Shown here piece after piece: positions 13,974 through 27,180 of a stretch of 64,000 nt of DNA (position 1 is its first letter; every line of letters begins with the position of its first letter). The position numbers and the translations under genes were made by a program. Origin of the DNA: Psammoneis japonica (Eukaryota); NCBI GenBank assembly GCA_008632985.1, contig QPGO01000154.1:1-64000 (forward strand), written 5' to 3'. Below the pieces are notes generated by a model. It was given only the letters and a program-made list of their open reading frames with translations. It was not told the origin of the DNA and made no database searches.

Positions 13974-14595
13974 GCTACACAGCTTGGACCAAGTGCAATT
14001 CCACGATCAGACACGACTATGGTGCTCTACAATTCTTAATCTTTTGTCTGTAAAAGCTCGCTGTCTTGTGTACTGTAATTGTTTTATAATGAAAACAGTT
14101 GTTTGTATATCTTTTACGTTCTGTCGTCTGATTACCGTATAACGAACGAACATACACATACATGCTTTAGGTACAGTACGCCTGATCTGAGTGATAGGGG
14201 AAGTTCTCAGGTGAGCTTTTATTCCTATTAGTCTCTACGGTACGCAGGCTTGCAGTTTGGTCAAGTGGTTGAGCACAACCACTATGGTACGTAGACTGTA
14301 CTGTAGACTGCGAGTAGTCTGCCTCAAGAAGTAGCTAGCTCAGCTCTCTTGACCGACAACTCCACGGTGCACGCCGCGACGCCGCGACGAGAACGCACGA
14401 CCACGCGAGGCGCGACCACCACCAACGACAGACTCCGACACGTCAGTTTTTTTCGTTCGCTGGAAAGCAAAATGTGAACAGCGGCTATGATATCGATTGG
14501 GGACGAAATTGAATACAAACGTATTTTTGTGCGGTATCGGTGCCTCAATCCTGTTGACTTTGCCTGACGATAGTTTTCAGATAGAGAGAATAGCC

Positions 14596-15225
14596 ATGCT
14601 GAACTACGCTCCAACACTTTTGCTTCTACTTGTCTCTCTCATCGGAGGGAGCAATGCATTCTTTGGTTCTGTGGGTGCAGGCGGAAAGCCTTCGGTTTCA
14701 TCGCCTCAAGCCGATGAGGCCGTAGCGATTTACGGGGAAAAGTATCCGTTCGACCAGCCGGCGACGGAGGGGAACTCGCTTGCTAGTTTTGGCATGCCCA
14801 GGAAAAAAACCTACGGACCAGAGGCGCGCCGTCGATTCACAGACAAGAGCGAAGCGGCAGTCCGTGCTACCTTTGCGGAGCTTGCCAAGAACTATGGCAC
14901 CGACAATGCTCTGGAAATGGTGAAAGTCATGCCCACGTGCTTGGCTTTTAACAAGGACAACTTTGCACCTTCGCTAGCCAACTTTGGAGAAATCTTTGGT
15001 GAAGAAGAGGCGCAGCAAATGGTTCAACGCAATCCAGGTTTGCTGGCAGTAAAACCCGCGGATGCAGCCACATCCACTGAACAGACAATGGTATTTTCTT
15101 ACATTGTGGGTGTGACACGTCCGGTAGGGGGGATTCTATTGGGTGCTTTGGCCATTGCCCTTTTGTCGTTACCAGTCGAAGCGGTGACTGGAGTATCGCT
15201 TCGTTCCGTCATCTTTGGACAATAG
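14596..15225 (+). CDS. Hypothetical, probably plastid-targeted membrane protein
   Basis: Single-exon ORF with signal peptide ending SNA-F and a C-terminal hydrophobic helix. Confidence 0.75.
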   Translation: MLNYAPTLLLLLVSLIGGSNAFFGSVGAGGKPSVSSPQADEAVAIYGEKYPFDQPATEGNSLASFGMPRKKTYGPEARRRFTDKSEAAVRATFAELAKNYGTDNALEMVKVMPTCLAFNKDNFAPSLANFGEIFGEEEAQQMVQRNPGLLAVKPADAATSTEQTMVFSYIVGVTRPVGGILLGALAIALLSLPVEAVTGVSLRSVIFGQ

Positions 15226-15415
15226 ACACAGACGACGCTCATGTGAAAGCCTATACTGCTCACCAAGGCAAAACTTATAATTCGATAATTCCATAGGATT
15301 GATGATACCGGTTTTTGAAAAGGCAGTTGACTGCAGTTCTAGAGAGAGGAAATCTTCTTACCGGTATATTCTCTACTGGAAGCTTCAAAACTTTGGAAGT
15401 TGTGATTGCGTGTAG

Positions 15416-15418
<3 letters not shown>

Positions 15419-15456
<38 letters not shown>
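15419..15456. repeat. (AG)n microsatellite
   Basis: Uninterrupted AG run. Confidence 0.95.
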
Positions 15457-15461
<5 letters not shown>

Positions 15462-15954
15462 AAACAACACTATTACATGCCAGTGGTATGGTACTGTACC
15501 GTCCGTTTCAGCTCTCTCGCTCTCTCCACTGATCTTGTGAGAAGATGGAAGGGGATATTTCCTGCAACCTCAGATTCTGAATATTTTAATTTCTTTTCAC
15601 ATTTCATGTGTGTTAAATAGAAATATTTATTACATAAATACCTTGTAGATTGGACAAAGTAGTTCTGTTACGAACTTATATACTATTATAGATGGAATAA
15701 GGATTAATATGGCAATTGGACATTAATATAGATATTCGTAGGCATAGGTGAACAAACCCTGCTCTGACGTTGTCTGAATTTTTTCGAAAAAAGAGTCGGA
15801 AACAAACACGGAACAAAAGATCGAATGAAAACAGCCGTGACACGAACGTCGTCAGCGCTGCTCATTCCACCCCAAAGAAATTCTCACTCCTCGCAACTCA
15901 GTGTACGAGTAGAGAAAAACTTGGCTGCTTTTCCTTTAAACATCACTATCGAGA

Positions 15955-16925
15955 ATGGCTTCGCATCTGCCAGAAGCAAAAAGCTGTTCATCGCAGAAGT
16001 TCAACGATATGCATGATAGCGAGTTGACCTCACCAACTGTTACTGATGCGGGGAGCGTCTCGGATGATGACGGGAGTGGGGGTGGTTTGGAATCGGTGCC
16101 GACCTCAAGACCTTCGCCAGATCTATCAAAAGCTCCGTACCGAATGCCATTGATGGGATCGCAACGGCTATATCGAAATCCGCCATGGCAGTCGCAGCGG
16201 AGTTCAGTGAATTGGAAAGGGATGCTGAAATAGAAGCGAAGCGGTGGAGGGAGGAAAATTATGGGACGTCGCAGGATCAAGAGGCGGGCGTAACGTTACA
16301 GCTGCCTTGGGAGATACAACGTGGTGATTCATTGGATACCGTGGTCGAAGACACGGTGCTCAAAATGAAGATTCTTAATCTTAGTCGTGATGAAAACATG
16401 TTTTTGAAGCCTTTCAGTGTTTCCGCCGCATCTGATGGCCGCACGACTTGTGGCAAGGCTGACTTTGTGCTTGACGAAGCAAGAATCGACCTCATCAGGC
16501 GTCTGTTAGCAATTGATGAAAGTCTTGCAACCGTGCACGCCAGACTCTCAGGTGAGAATTGTAACAAAACATGTCAGCAGTGATCAATTCTCTCCAATTA
16601 TTTGGACCAACACTTTACCCTTGTTTCGTCCCGTACATCAGGCCGTAGCGATGTCAAGGAAGCTGTTTTCTGGAAAAACTATTTTCATCATTGCGAAAGA
16701 CTTCGAAAAGAGCACCTTACCAAGAGAAGACCTAGCCAAGCAATCACATCGGGCTCCTCATTGGGATCCTTAACAGCCGTACGCAGCTGTGGTGAAGACG
16801 ACGCCGCGTCGTTTGTTATAGCAAGCCCACCTCAAAGTATGAACAGTGTTCTTTCAACTCACTCAGTTGGGGATATGGTGCTTGTTGGTGGTATGGAGGC
16901 ACTTGACACACACGATGAAAAATAG
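15955..16925 (+). CDS. BSD-domain protein; apparent 1-nt frameshift in a G-run at ~16080; intron 16552-16641
   Basis: LLAIDESLATVHARLSG|RSDVKEAVFWKNYF is a BSD signature. Upstream frames join as DDDGSGG-WFGIGADLK if one G is added. Confidence 0.75.
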
Positions 16926-17186
16926 GAAGAATGGGAGAGTTCTCTCGAGGAGAATTCATACGAGTAGCAGTTAATCTCACTCTCTACTAGAGTGACGCCA
17001 AGATAAGAGTCTGATGTTTTTCCTACTTCTCGATTCTGCTTTTGCCGTAAACCTAGAGAGCAGCACTTAATCTCACTTGGAGAGAGTGGTGTCAAGATGA
17101 GGAACTCAAATTGTTTGAAATCAGTTGTTCTCGATCATGTGTTGCTCGTCGCGCCTGTGCAACCCACGTGAATTTCAGCAATTGTA

Positions 17187-17618
17187 TCCTTCGTTCGAGA
17201 GAGAAGAAAGACAAAGGCTATTATATCCGGTAGGTGCGATAGGCAACATTGGTAGGCATTACCAAGGAGCTTCGTTGCGGCGACAGTAACAGTTCTTGGT
17301 CCCCGAGGAGTCGTCATTCCGTTGCGAAAACAGAAGCTAAGATACTGAGGCGAAGCTGTTTGGCGAGAGAAGGCCACTATTACCCCCAATACAGTACAGT
17401 ATTGTAGAGTATAAATCCTTCGTTCAAGAGAGAAGAGAGAGAAAGGCCATTATATCCGGTAGGTGCGATAGGCCACATTGGTAGGCATCACCAAGGAGCT
17501 TCGTAGCGGCGACAGTAACAGTTCTTGGTCCCCGAGGTCATTCGGTTGCGAAAACAGAAGCTGCTATAATGTTTGGCGAGAGAAAGTCACTATTATCCCG
17601 GATGCAGTAGAGTATAAA
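17187..17618. repeat. Tandem duplication of ~200-230 bp between convergent genes
   Basis: tccttcgttc...tatatccggtaggtgcgatagg...gtagagtataaa occurs twice (17187-17416 and 17417-17618). Confidence 0.9.
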
Positions 17619-17638
17619 GGTAACGAGGCGAAACTCAT

Positions 17639-19507
17639 TTATGTTAAACTCATTAGATCCCGCATGAGTAACTCGTCTTCCTTCTTAACAAAACGACCTT
17701 TTACTCGAAGTCGACTGTCCGCGAAATTCTTCCTCACGTCATATTTGACAGTCTTTGTCCAAACGCGATGATTTCTTTTAGCCAGGAAGCGCTCAATCCT
17801 AATTTTTCTGCTTTCAGGAGAGTATGCACCAATCCACCCATCTGGGCGTTCTACTTCAAGCAGTCCATGAATATCCATTGATGTTCTCAAGTTGGGGTCG
17901 CTCATTGATCTTGGGCGGCCTAGGCCAGATGGAGTCTCCTTCCTCTCTTCTTCTTCAACTCTTTTATCCTGCTTTGCTTTTGCAGCCGCCTTCTTATCCT
18001 TCCGCTCCTGCTTCTCGCGTGCCTCCCTCTCTTTTCTTTCCCGCATGTTCTGCTCTCGCTTTTCTTTCTTCTCTCTCTTCTCCCTCTCCTTTTGTTCTTT
18101 CTTGGCGAGTTTCTCACGTCGACGCTCAGCTGCCAGTTCACTTTTAGTCTTTATCCTAGATTCGCTCTTTGATCTACCGTATTGCGCAAGGCTTGCCCCG
18201 ATACCGCCCTCGCCTGGATGTGACGGGCTGCCGCCGGTTACGTTCAGACCCACCATGCCTCCATAAGGGTTTGCCCCTTCTAGCTCTGACACATGGGGTG
18301 ATGCACCATCGCCCAAGAATCGGCGGTCGACCCAACCACCATAACCATCACGCCCATCCTGTGACGACGGGGTTTCTCCCAAGAGGCCACCAAACGCCAA
18401 CGAGTTCGATCGAAAACGCTGTTGCTCTTCGAGAATGGTGGGAGACGGATCAATGTGTCCCGATCCAAAAGCTTGCGGCGGCAGCTTGAGGTACTCATCG
18501 TTTTGGCTAGTAAAATCCCCATTGAACTCCAAATCCCCAATTCCGTCGTCTCCTTCATAAGCAGATGGTGAAACCATGTTGGGTTGAGCTTCTTCCACCG
18601 GATTGTGTTTCTGCTGCGTGACCTGCCCTGGATCTATTGGAATAGGATTTGAGTGGGTACTCTTTGAAGCAATCCCCAGATGTGACAATATATCTGCATC
18701 CGGTGCCCCAGGATGACTCGGCATGTCCATACCGGCGCAGAGATCGTCATCTACAGTCAGAAAATCCAGATCCAAATCATCCAACAAGTTAATGTCAGCT
18801 GAAGCGCGATTCAACAGCTTTCCACTCTTGATCATGTTTTCGAGAGTGCTCTTGTCTCCCCGTTCATACTTGTCTAGAGCAGACTGTAGATCCTCGTCAC
18901 CTGAAATAATGAGATCTTTAAGAATAGCCTTCTGGTGTTGGTCGATGAGTCCTGCGTCTTCCAGTTCCGCAGCAGACCGCAGTCGTCCAGAAATGCTCTG
19001 AGGAAACGAGAAACACAAAATGATATTTTAAGCACGAAATCAAGCAAAAGTTCATAACAACGAAAGCCGAAGATCTGAATTACTTACACCACTTCGCGCA
19101 CGCTTTCCAAAATGTTGCGCTTCATAAGAAGACGGGGCGAAGGTCGGAGGAGTGTGCGACAACGGATCCATAATCCCACTGAGAAAAGCACTTCCAGAAG
19201 AACCGGCAGATCCAGATTGAAACTCGGGGTTGTTGGGTGTCGGTATTGGCTTCGAGGCTGGTGGTCGTGTCGGCATTGGCCTTCCAACAGGAATGGGCTC
19301 CGTGGTACTCACGGCCGTTTGAGTGGGACCCGATGTACTAATATTGCCATAACCTTCATCCTCGTTGTTCATCGCAGCAACCATATGCGCAACGGTCATG
19401 TCCACTCCAGACGACTCGTCAATGTTGAACCCCAAGGAAGAGTACTCATCGTCGGTGTGCGAGCTGCCGAGGCGCTCTGCGGACCCTTTCAAATCAGCGC
19501 TCATCAC
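17639..19507 (-). CDS. CCT-domain (CONSTANS-like) protein; exons 19507-19088 and 18997-17639
   Basis: C-terminal GAYSPESRKIRIERFLAKRNHRVWTKTVKYDVRKNFADSRLRVKGRFVKK. GT-AG intron joins RARSG|SISGRLRSA. Confidence 0.92.
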
Positions 19508-20093
19508 TGAATTCTCTCTCTCGTGATGTCGCTTCGTGTCTCAACGGTACCGGTAGGCTTTCTGCTTTCTCCGAAATTACGTGATCAAAGATTGCTTTTC
19601 TGTGAATGCAATAGTGTGCAATCGAGATAGATTGCGTTGTTCTTGTCAGTTCCAGTTATGATAATGCTATAGGCTTGCTCTACATACCGAGTGGGATTGA
19701 TTCTTGAAGGGTTGATTGAGGGGGTCGACGCGGTCAACCATGAGCGTGTTGCCGGCTGTTCCGATCGATGAAAATACCACGCGGGATGCACCGATACCAG
19801 AGTTTTACGTGGCGTTCTACAGGGTTCAGAATTTTGATAGTGATTTGGTCCAATATGAATGAAATTTCATCAAAGTTCTGGGCCATAAATAAATCTAAAT
19901 GTTCTGACTCCTCACTGAGTCACTGTTTTCTGATTTCGTTAAGTAAATATAACTTTTATTGCTTGATACAAATATATGAATAATGACATTTCCGAAATCA
20001 CCTTTTCCCGCCAAAGCAACTCTCACAAAAGATGCCAAAAAAACCAACGCAACATTATTATTATTTGAACATACAGTAGTGGCGAACTTGACC

Positions 20094-20615
20094 ATGTCTT
20101 TTCTTCTCAAGTCACCCTTGCTCAAGTCGCTGTTTCGGGTGCCTGCCCCACCGCGGCCTACCGTTCCATCCGGAAAACAGCGAATTTGTGTCGCGGGATA
20201 TGGCACATCGCACAACACGGGAAGGGCTCAAAAAATTGCTTTGGAAATCTCGCTGCTCCATCCAGATCGTTTCGAGACTTGGTTTTACTTTTCCTCTTTT
20301 CATTATCAAGAATTTTTGAAAGAGATTAAAAAGGAGATTCCAAAAGAGCAATTGACAAACAAATCAACAATGGATTCCGAAAGAACCATGGTTGAGCACC
20401 GCTCGTCGCCTTTTGTTTGGTTGGAGCGCTCGGACGAGAAAAATGACAAGATTATCGACGCTATTGGAGGGCGAGACAGATTTTGTGAATGGGTCAACAA
20501 GCAGTTCCCAAACGATGCATCGATCCAAAAGTTGGCAACACTCAATGAACCTCCGCTGACGGAACTGTTCTTTGACAATGCAACACCGGGTGGAACGTGG
20601 ATGGAGACGAAATGA
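20094..20615 (+). CDS. Conserved hypothetical protein, possibly glutaredoxin/thioredoxin-like fold without CxxC
   Basis: Intact ORF with 'HRSSPFVWLE' and 'AIGGRDRFCEW', resembling the cis-Pro and GG motifs of glutaredoxin folds. Confidence 0.65.
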   Translation: MSFLLKSPLLKSLFRVPAPPRPTVPSGKQRICVAGYGTSHNTGRAQKIALEISLLHPDRFETWFYFSSFHYQEFLKEIKKEIPKEQLTNKSTMDSERTMVEHRSSPFVWLERSDEKNDKIIDAIGGRDRFCEWVNKQFPNDASIQKLATLNEPPLTELFFDNATPGGTWMETK

Positions 20616-21066
20616 TTAGTTATGGATTACTGACTCTCCAACAACCGGCAACTCGTTCGTATCGAGTATAAAGATGTAGAATTGTTGGTAGCCATATAAA
20701 GTAATAGAACTCTACCCAGTTAGGGAGGTTGTTAGAGAACAGCCAGCAGGTTCAACCGGAAAGTATTGTAGCTTAAGAGCAGCACATTGCAAGGCTCCTG
20801 GCACGACGAAACAAGAAAGGCACTGAAAACTTGATGCGGCCTTCTGTGTTCCGACCATAAGGTGACATTCGACCCAACCACCGGATTGGTAAAGAAAAAC
20901 AGTGCAGTATTATTAGGTACCTTGCAGCGATACGGAGCATAACTAACTTTGAAAGTCAAAATCGTTGTGCTAATTGTTACACAATGTGAATATTTGGGAT
21001 CGGTAGCAAGTAAAGAATGAAAAGTGATGCTTTGGAACCTAAAGCAGCGCAGATGTACTACACTAT

Positions 21067-22357
21067 TTAGTCGTCCATCGGAAAGGCCTCTTCGTTCTCG
21101 ATTTCATTCAAGTGCGGGTCAGACTCTTCTTCCAATATCGTTGCACACCTACTAGCTCCCTCGACAAGGACACCAAGGGAGGCGCTGCGAGGTCTTCGCG
21201 AGTATGCTCGGCCTCCTTGATCGCTCTCTGATGTAAGGAGGGATTCGACAGTAGGATCATTTCGATTGCCGACAAAGTCATGCGGAACAAGAACTGATCT
21301 CCCTTGCTTGACCTTGAACGTCGAAGTTTCATCGCAGCTTTCTGCTCTCAAGCGGCGCTGCTTGGCCGCAACCCCCGAGAGCTCGACGAGCCCTCCTTGC
21401 ACACGGTCATCTCGAGTGGCATTCAGGAGAGCTGTCATTTTATCCATATACGATGAAGTGCTGTCTAGGCTCTTTCCCAGCATCGACGGAACAACGGGCC
21501 CTCCAGGTGTAGCTTGACATTCAGTAGCAGCAGCAACTGCGCTTATTTTCCCGCTCATCAACTCAGAAGCGGAGGGCAGACTAGTGCTAAACATAGATTC
21601 TCCAGTTGAGTCTTGAGGTTGTCTGCACGGTGGTGGCGGCATCGCTTTGGCAGACGAAGAACGAATGAGTCGGCCTGGAATAACAACACTAGTCGTTTCA
21701 GATGAATGCTTTTGTTTGGACAATGCCCGTCTCGTCTTTCCCCCGCCAGGTGAATGCTTTCCCCCTTCAAGTATGCTCCTCGCATGTCTTGCCATGAGTG
21801 AGCAGACGAGACATACATGTTGTTGTTGCTGCCGTCCAGAGGCTTTCTGTGCTTGCTTTTGTCTGCCTTGACGAGCTCGGATCTCTCGGCACTGATCATA
21901 ATGAGCAAGAAGTTTTCTCGTTTGACAGCACCCTTGAAACTCCTTTGGGCATTCTGAGCTTCCCACAGCCTTACAGGTCTTGATATGCAAAAGGACAATT
22001 TTCGATTCGGCACAGCCTCTTACAGGACACCGATAAGGGCTCTCGTTGCAACGCTACACTCGACGATATAGAGCCAGTAAGTGAGAATGGCGTTAACGGA
22101 GAATACTCACAATATAATTCGTAGAAGAAACGTACCTGAGCATGCAATATTATGCACAGCGACGCCGCAGCCTTTTTAGCCTTGGATACAACCGCACCAA
22201 CATCAGAAGAGCATGAAGGCGATTTCCTATCTAAAAGTCGTGGTGAAGTTGTCTCGTTCTCAGATCCCATTGGATCAGTTACATTAGAATCGCTGATGTT
22301 TCTCGAACTAGCTTCACTCATTGGTCCCACGGCATCACAAACAACAGGAGCTGTCAT
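21067..22357 (-). CDS. TAZ zinc-finger protein; exons 22357-22136 and 22053-21067
   Basis: Spliced ILHAQ|RCNESPYRCPVRGCAESKIVLLHIKTC...CPKEFQGC...LLAHYDQC...CLVC matches the TAZ HxxxC pattern. Confidence 0.8.
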
Positions 22358-22789
22358 TGGGAGGACGTCCTTGTGGACTGCCTTCCACTTTTGTTATCCC
22401 AATGTATTTCAAATCCGAAAATCAATTTCTTTTCATCGAGTTTGTGGTTGTCGTTCCATCACTCAAATCGAATTCTTGCGTCTGGCGCGAGCAAAAGCAG
22501 TGGATGGAGATGGATGAATTCTGTTCGTTTGCTCCTCGCCAACCATCAGTCTTGCTTTGCGTTTTTCTCACTTGCGCACACAGAAATTGGTGGTGGATGT
22601 TGACGTCGCTTGTCGTAGAAAGGACACAGAGAACCTCGTACGAAATGTGTGGCTACAGAGGATTTCGGTACAAACGCACGGCCGGTGAGTCGGTCGCGTG
22701 GCGCCAATCAAAATTCAATTATCAATGAACTTATAAGATATATACTCTGGTTCAAGTTGGAAGATTGTCTGTGTGTTGTCGTGTCAGAC

Positions 22790-22935
22790 TACGGTACTAC
22801 TCCGTAGTATAAGTACTACTCTAGTAGTTGATTTCGGCGCGGGCACAAAACAGGACCATGCTCTCTCTAGCTAGAGTAGTAGCTACTACTCTCTCTAGAG
22901 TAGCTAGCTAGCTAGCTAGCTAGCAGTAGAGAGTA
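22790..22935. repeat. TA-rich low-complexity palindromic patch including (CTAG)n
   Basis: ctctctctagctagagtagtagctactactctctctagagtagctagctagctagctagctag. Confidence 0.8.
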
Positions 22936-23009
22936 AAGAAATCGAAAGCCACTCGTGCTGGAGGACAATGAGATTAAGAAGAACTATCGATCGATATAGC
23001 TGTTGCTTA

Positions 23010-24434
23010 CTATGGCTTCCAGAGAAAGCTATCAAACATTCGCTTTCCCATTTCAACGCCCAGAAAGAGAGCAGCGTTCGCTGGGAAAGCTCGAAGAAGT
23101 GTTGGCCCTAATCCGCTAAAAAGACCTGGCACACCCCTTTCTCGCGCGATTTGCATCAACTTAGGAAAATAGCTACCGACAACCTTTGTGTCCCAGCTAG
23201 ATTGCACATTTGTCTTTGGCACGTCAAACGGCATGGCGACTGAAAACAACCATAATGCAAAATGAAACGGTGAGAGGACCTGTCAGTCTCGTCAATGTTG
23301 ACTAGAAACGTCAACAGGCAAATCTGTCTTACCTGTCCATCCAAACATACCGGCTAGCCCCCCACTTCACAGCGGCCACAATGTATTTCGAATCAGGGAA
23401 GAGAAAGCATTCAGTCTTGTTATCGTTTCGATAGCAACAGACAGCAGGTAGGGCCCTACATCGCCTCACCTTATAAAGAAATTCAATTCATCTGGCATAG
23501 ATGGTGTGTACGTTCGGAAAAAGTATTTAGATAGCTCGTACCCACCAAAGAAAAAGGCATAGAAGGATCCATCACGCATCAATTGAGCATCAAAACCTAC
23601 AATCATTGACTGAGGGGTCGAAAAACACACTAAGCGAATCAGTGGATCATCTGCGCACGGCGAAGAGTTTCGTCGCATTTTCCGGACGTACCCTGATTCC
23701 TTGCTTCTTCAACATTTCTCTAATGATGTCATTGGATGATTTTGAACCAACAACTACCTGCGTCTTTGCCTTTATGGCGAGTGGTCAACGCAACTTATGT
23801 GAGAGATAGATCGAGTTTTTCGTTGGAAGTAAAAGTATGTAGACCCTCAGGGTCTGGTATCCTTACCTTCACAACCTCACTCGGCAACAAGACAGTTGCA
23901 GAGCAACAGCCAGTAAATGATCCCTATTGCGTACGCAGTGAGAAAGAAACCATGGTGACAAAGATATTAGCAACGCTGTACGAAAAACGAGCAGGTTGTT
24001 GACTCGGCCACCCACCATGAAAAACGGCTTAACGAGATCAGGTCGTCCACCTTGGATTCGTTCTTCTGGATCGTCGGGAAAAGCTCGTTTTAGCGCTTCA
24101 TTCACTCCGAAGGCCATTGCATTCTCAAGAGCCATTCCCGCTGCCGTTGGGACCGAGCCTTTCCAGAAAGCTGCTATACCCTAGTTGCGAAATCAAAGTA
24201 AACTGAGAAAAGAAAACAAGAAAAAATCCCCGCACACTAACACTCCGCACTTCATACCTCATTTTTGAATATGCTTGATGTGGTTGAAAGAACTCCAGGG
24301 TATTCCGCAGGATTCGTCTGCATTCTAACCTTGATCGTGTCGAGAGGCTGACCCGTATAACAGCAAGTTATCGATCCTAACGTCGCCGAAAATACGTCCT
24401 TGCTCACTTCACGAGGGTCGGCAATGTCTCCCAT
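23010..24434 (-). CDS. Mitochondrial carrier family (SLC25) protein, multi-exon
   Basis: Carrier signatures PLDTIKVRMQ and PFDVPKTNVQ, C-terminal GLFSGLGPTLLRAFPANAALF, and several short GT-AG introns. Substrate not determinable. Confidence 0.9.
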
Positions 24435-26199
24435 GGTTGCTTGCGCTTTCCCTGCTAATTTCGTGGGTCAAACTAAGTTGGAAAGTGCGCTCTCTGCCGA
24501 TGCCACAACAGAAGAGTTCAAGTGGCGCGCGGTTGAGTGGATTTGGAGAGATTTGAAGTGGTTTTTGTGAAAATCGTGTTGTGAGAAAAAAATTGCAGCC
24601 AGCAGCCAAAATCGGTCTTGAGACAGAGGCTGGTTGTGCCATTGCCCAGGCAGGTGCGAGATCTCAGAGATGCAAGTGGATGTCAAAGCGATGAGAGCTC
24701 TGCAAGAGCCACCCACAGCTCCATGGCCATGTTTAGATGGGAAAATGCAAAACCTTGTCTTTCTGCCCTCAGTGTCTGAGCTGCCTGTGAGGCACGGCGG
24801 GCGGCAGCACCAAGACACACAACAGCTTTCGCTGCGGCAGCTGAAAAACACACTCCCGGCAACAGGCATGCAAAAAAAGACTTCTGCAGCAAGCCAAAAA
24901 GGGCAGCAAGCTTGAGTTCAGCTCTCAAAATGTGAAACGCAGATTGGCCCATTGAGAGTGGTGGGGGGGCGCTGCTGGTGTGTCGCCTGCCTGTGCAGCA
25001 CTTTGTCCGCGCTTTTTGCTTTGAGTTTCTTGGCTCTCCAGCCTCTTGTGTGTGAAATGTCACATGTCACAAGGCATCCATCACCCAGCTGTTTTGTTGC
25101 AGCATTGTCTGCTCTCCAAATCTGCTGACAAACAAACTCCTTCTTTTGTTGCAGCCACCATGACGCTCAACAACTGTCACACCACAGCGGTGTGCGGTGC
25201 ACCAACCAGCCAGACAACGCAGCTGATCATCAGCCAGCAAGCACACAAGCATGCACATGCATCAACATGCATCAAAAACAACTTCATAATTTCATGTGCA
25301 GCTGACACCCCCCCTGGAGCATTTTTTCAGTTTGTCAAAGTTCTCTCTGTTGTGCTGCCAGAGTCTTCAATTTTGGAGCCAGCTCAAGATCTGGCTGCAC
25401 AGAGACCACCAGCATGCCATTTGAGGTCATGACTTGGCAGGAGTTGCAACAGCAACACACTTCTTTTTTTTGTTCTCATGTGCGCACCACTTAAAAAAAA
25501 TGAGATCTGTTCATCTGGCGGGGCAATGATCTGATGTCGCAGGTGGGCAACGTGCCAACAAATTTTTGATTTTAATTTGAACATTCTTGCACGCTGTGCA
25601 AGAAATCTTGGTTCTGATTTCAACATTTTTGGCATGTCGTGTGCAAGAAAACTCAAATGTGACAAGCACATGGGTGACATTCCCGACATTTTCAAGTGCA
25701 GCACTTGGTCGCCTTTCACCGTGTGACAAGTTGCTTTCCATTCACTCCTCTTTTCACCATGAAACAAATTGCTTTCTGGTCACTCTGCTTTTCACCATGT
25801 GACAAACGGCTTTCCATTCAATCCCCAGTTCACATCACTTGCAAACTCTGCTTTTCTTTTCTTTTAAGGCCAATTTTGTTCTGACATTCAAATGACATCC
25901 TGTCTCTAATCCAACTTGCATTGGCTCCGGATGTGAGTTGATTCTTGGTTGATTTTGCTGTGTTGTTGTTGTGCACTGTTTGCCAGTGAGTGTTGCCATT
26001 CAGTTGCCTGCACATTTGTGCTGAGCTCCTTGGCTGCTGCTGTGGGTTGTTGTTTGCTCTGCCTTCTCCTGAACCCATTCAGGTTGAAGCACTGTTGTCC
26101 ATGGCCTCTGCTGCTGGAGTCTCTTCCTCTCTTTTCTTGTGTCCATTGTTCCTCCCTGCTGCTTCCCCTTTGCTGTTGCTCCAATCAGTTTTTGGAGCT

Positions 26200-27180
26200 G
26201 CCCATCCCTTCACACTGTTCTTTTTTTCCTCTTTCTTTTCTTTCCCCACGCACTCTCCAATTTCTTTGTCTGCAGGTGTTGTGCATCAACTCTGGCACAC
26301 TCTGTTCTCTCCTCCACCACCACATTGTGCAGCTCACTCATTGTGCCTTTTGATTCCACTCTGGCTCCATTTTTGATTTCTCTTTTCTTCCTGTCCCTGG
26401 AATGTGCACTTTGGGGGCACGGGCTGTGTTGGCTCTTGCACCTCTTGTCCTCCTTGAATTGGGTTTCTGTCTCCACCATTGCCATCATCATCCAGCAGCA
26501 GTGGTTGCACATGAGCCTTGCAAAAGCCTCCATGCTTGTCATCAGCCAATCACCAATGGCCTGGTTTTCCTCTGTCTCAAATTGTTCCACAACAGATGGC
26601 AAAAGAAAGAACTGAGCTGTTCTAAGAACTGGATGTGCACCGGTGGTGATGCCCTTTGCTTTTCAATGTCTGCTGCACTCTCTAGACCCCCGTGTCTGGC
26701 CATGGCCAACCAATGACAAATGTGTGAGCAGCACTTTCCATCCCATTTGCATGCCACCTGCATCGCATGTGCCAATCATCTTTTTCCAAAATGCCTCCTG
26801 TCTGTTGTTTCATCTCTGATTTAGTCTTTTCCTCACCTTCTCCTTGTTCAGCTCCCAGCAAGCTGTGCAGTCACTGTTGGCCACATTGAGGTGCTTGCAA
26901 ACCTTTTTCTGCATTTTGCTGCCAAACACCAACTCAACATTGTCATGCACTACAAACTTGGTCTTTGGGTGCACTGCCATCACAACACAGTTGGTCATTT
27001 GACCATCCATGAACTTCCTCTTGGCTTCCTCTGAGCTGACGACTAACATCCCTGCAATCTCCACATTTTGGGATCCCATCTCTGCCACATCATGGGTGCC
27101 AACTGTAACCAACAACACAGTCCGTGTCAGCAGGCATGCCCGTGTCTGTCTCAGTGTTGCTCTTGCCGCAATGCACATGC
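26200..27180 (-). mobile_element. Degenerate accessory ORF of the type seen next to diatom Plavaka-like transposases
   Basis: 'TSMEAFARLMC' and 'KGTMSELHNVVVEER' resemble the 'SDEAFALL...GWS...FNEL...V..DR' pattern. Recalled similarity only. Confidence 0.35.

Noticed and set aside
15580..15740. AT-rich patch as a centromere or origin
   Set aside because: Too short; looks like ordinary intergenic DNA.
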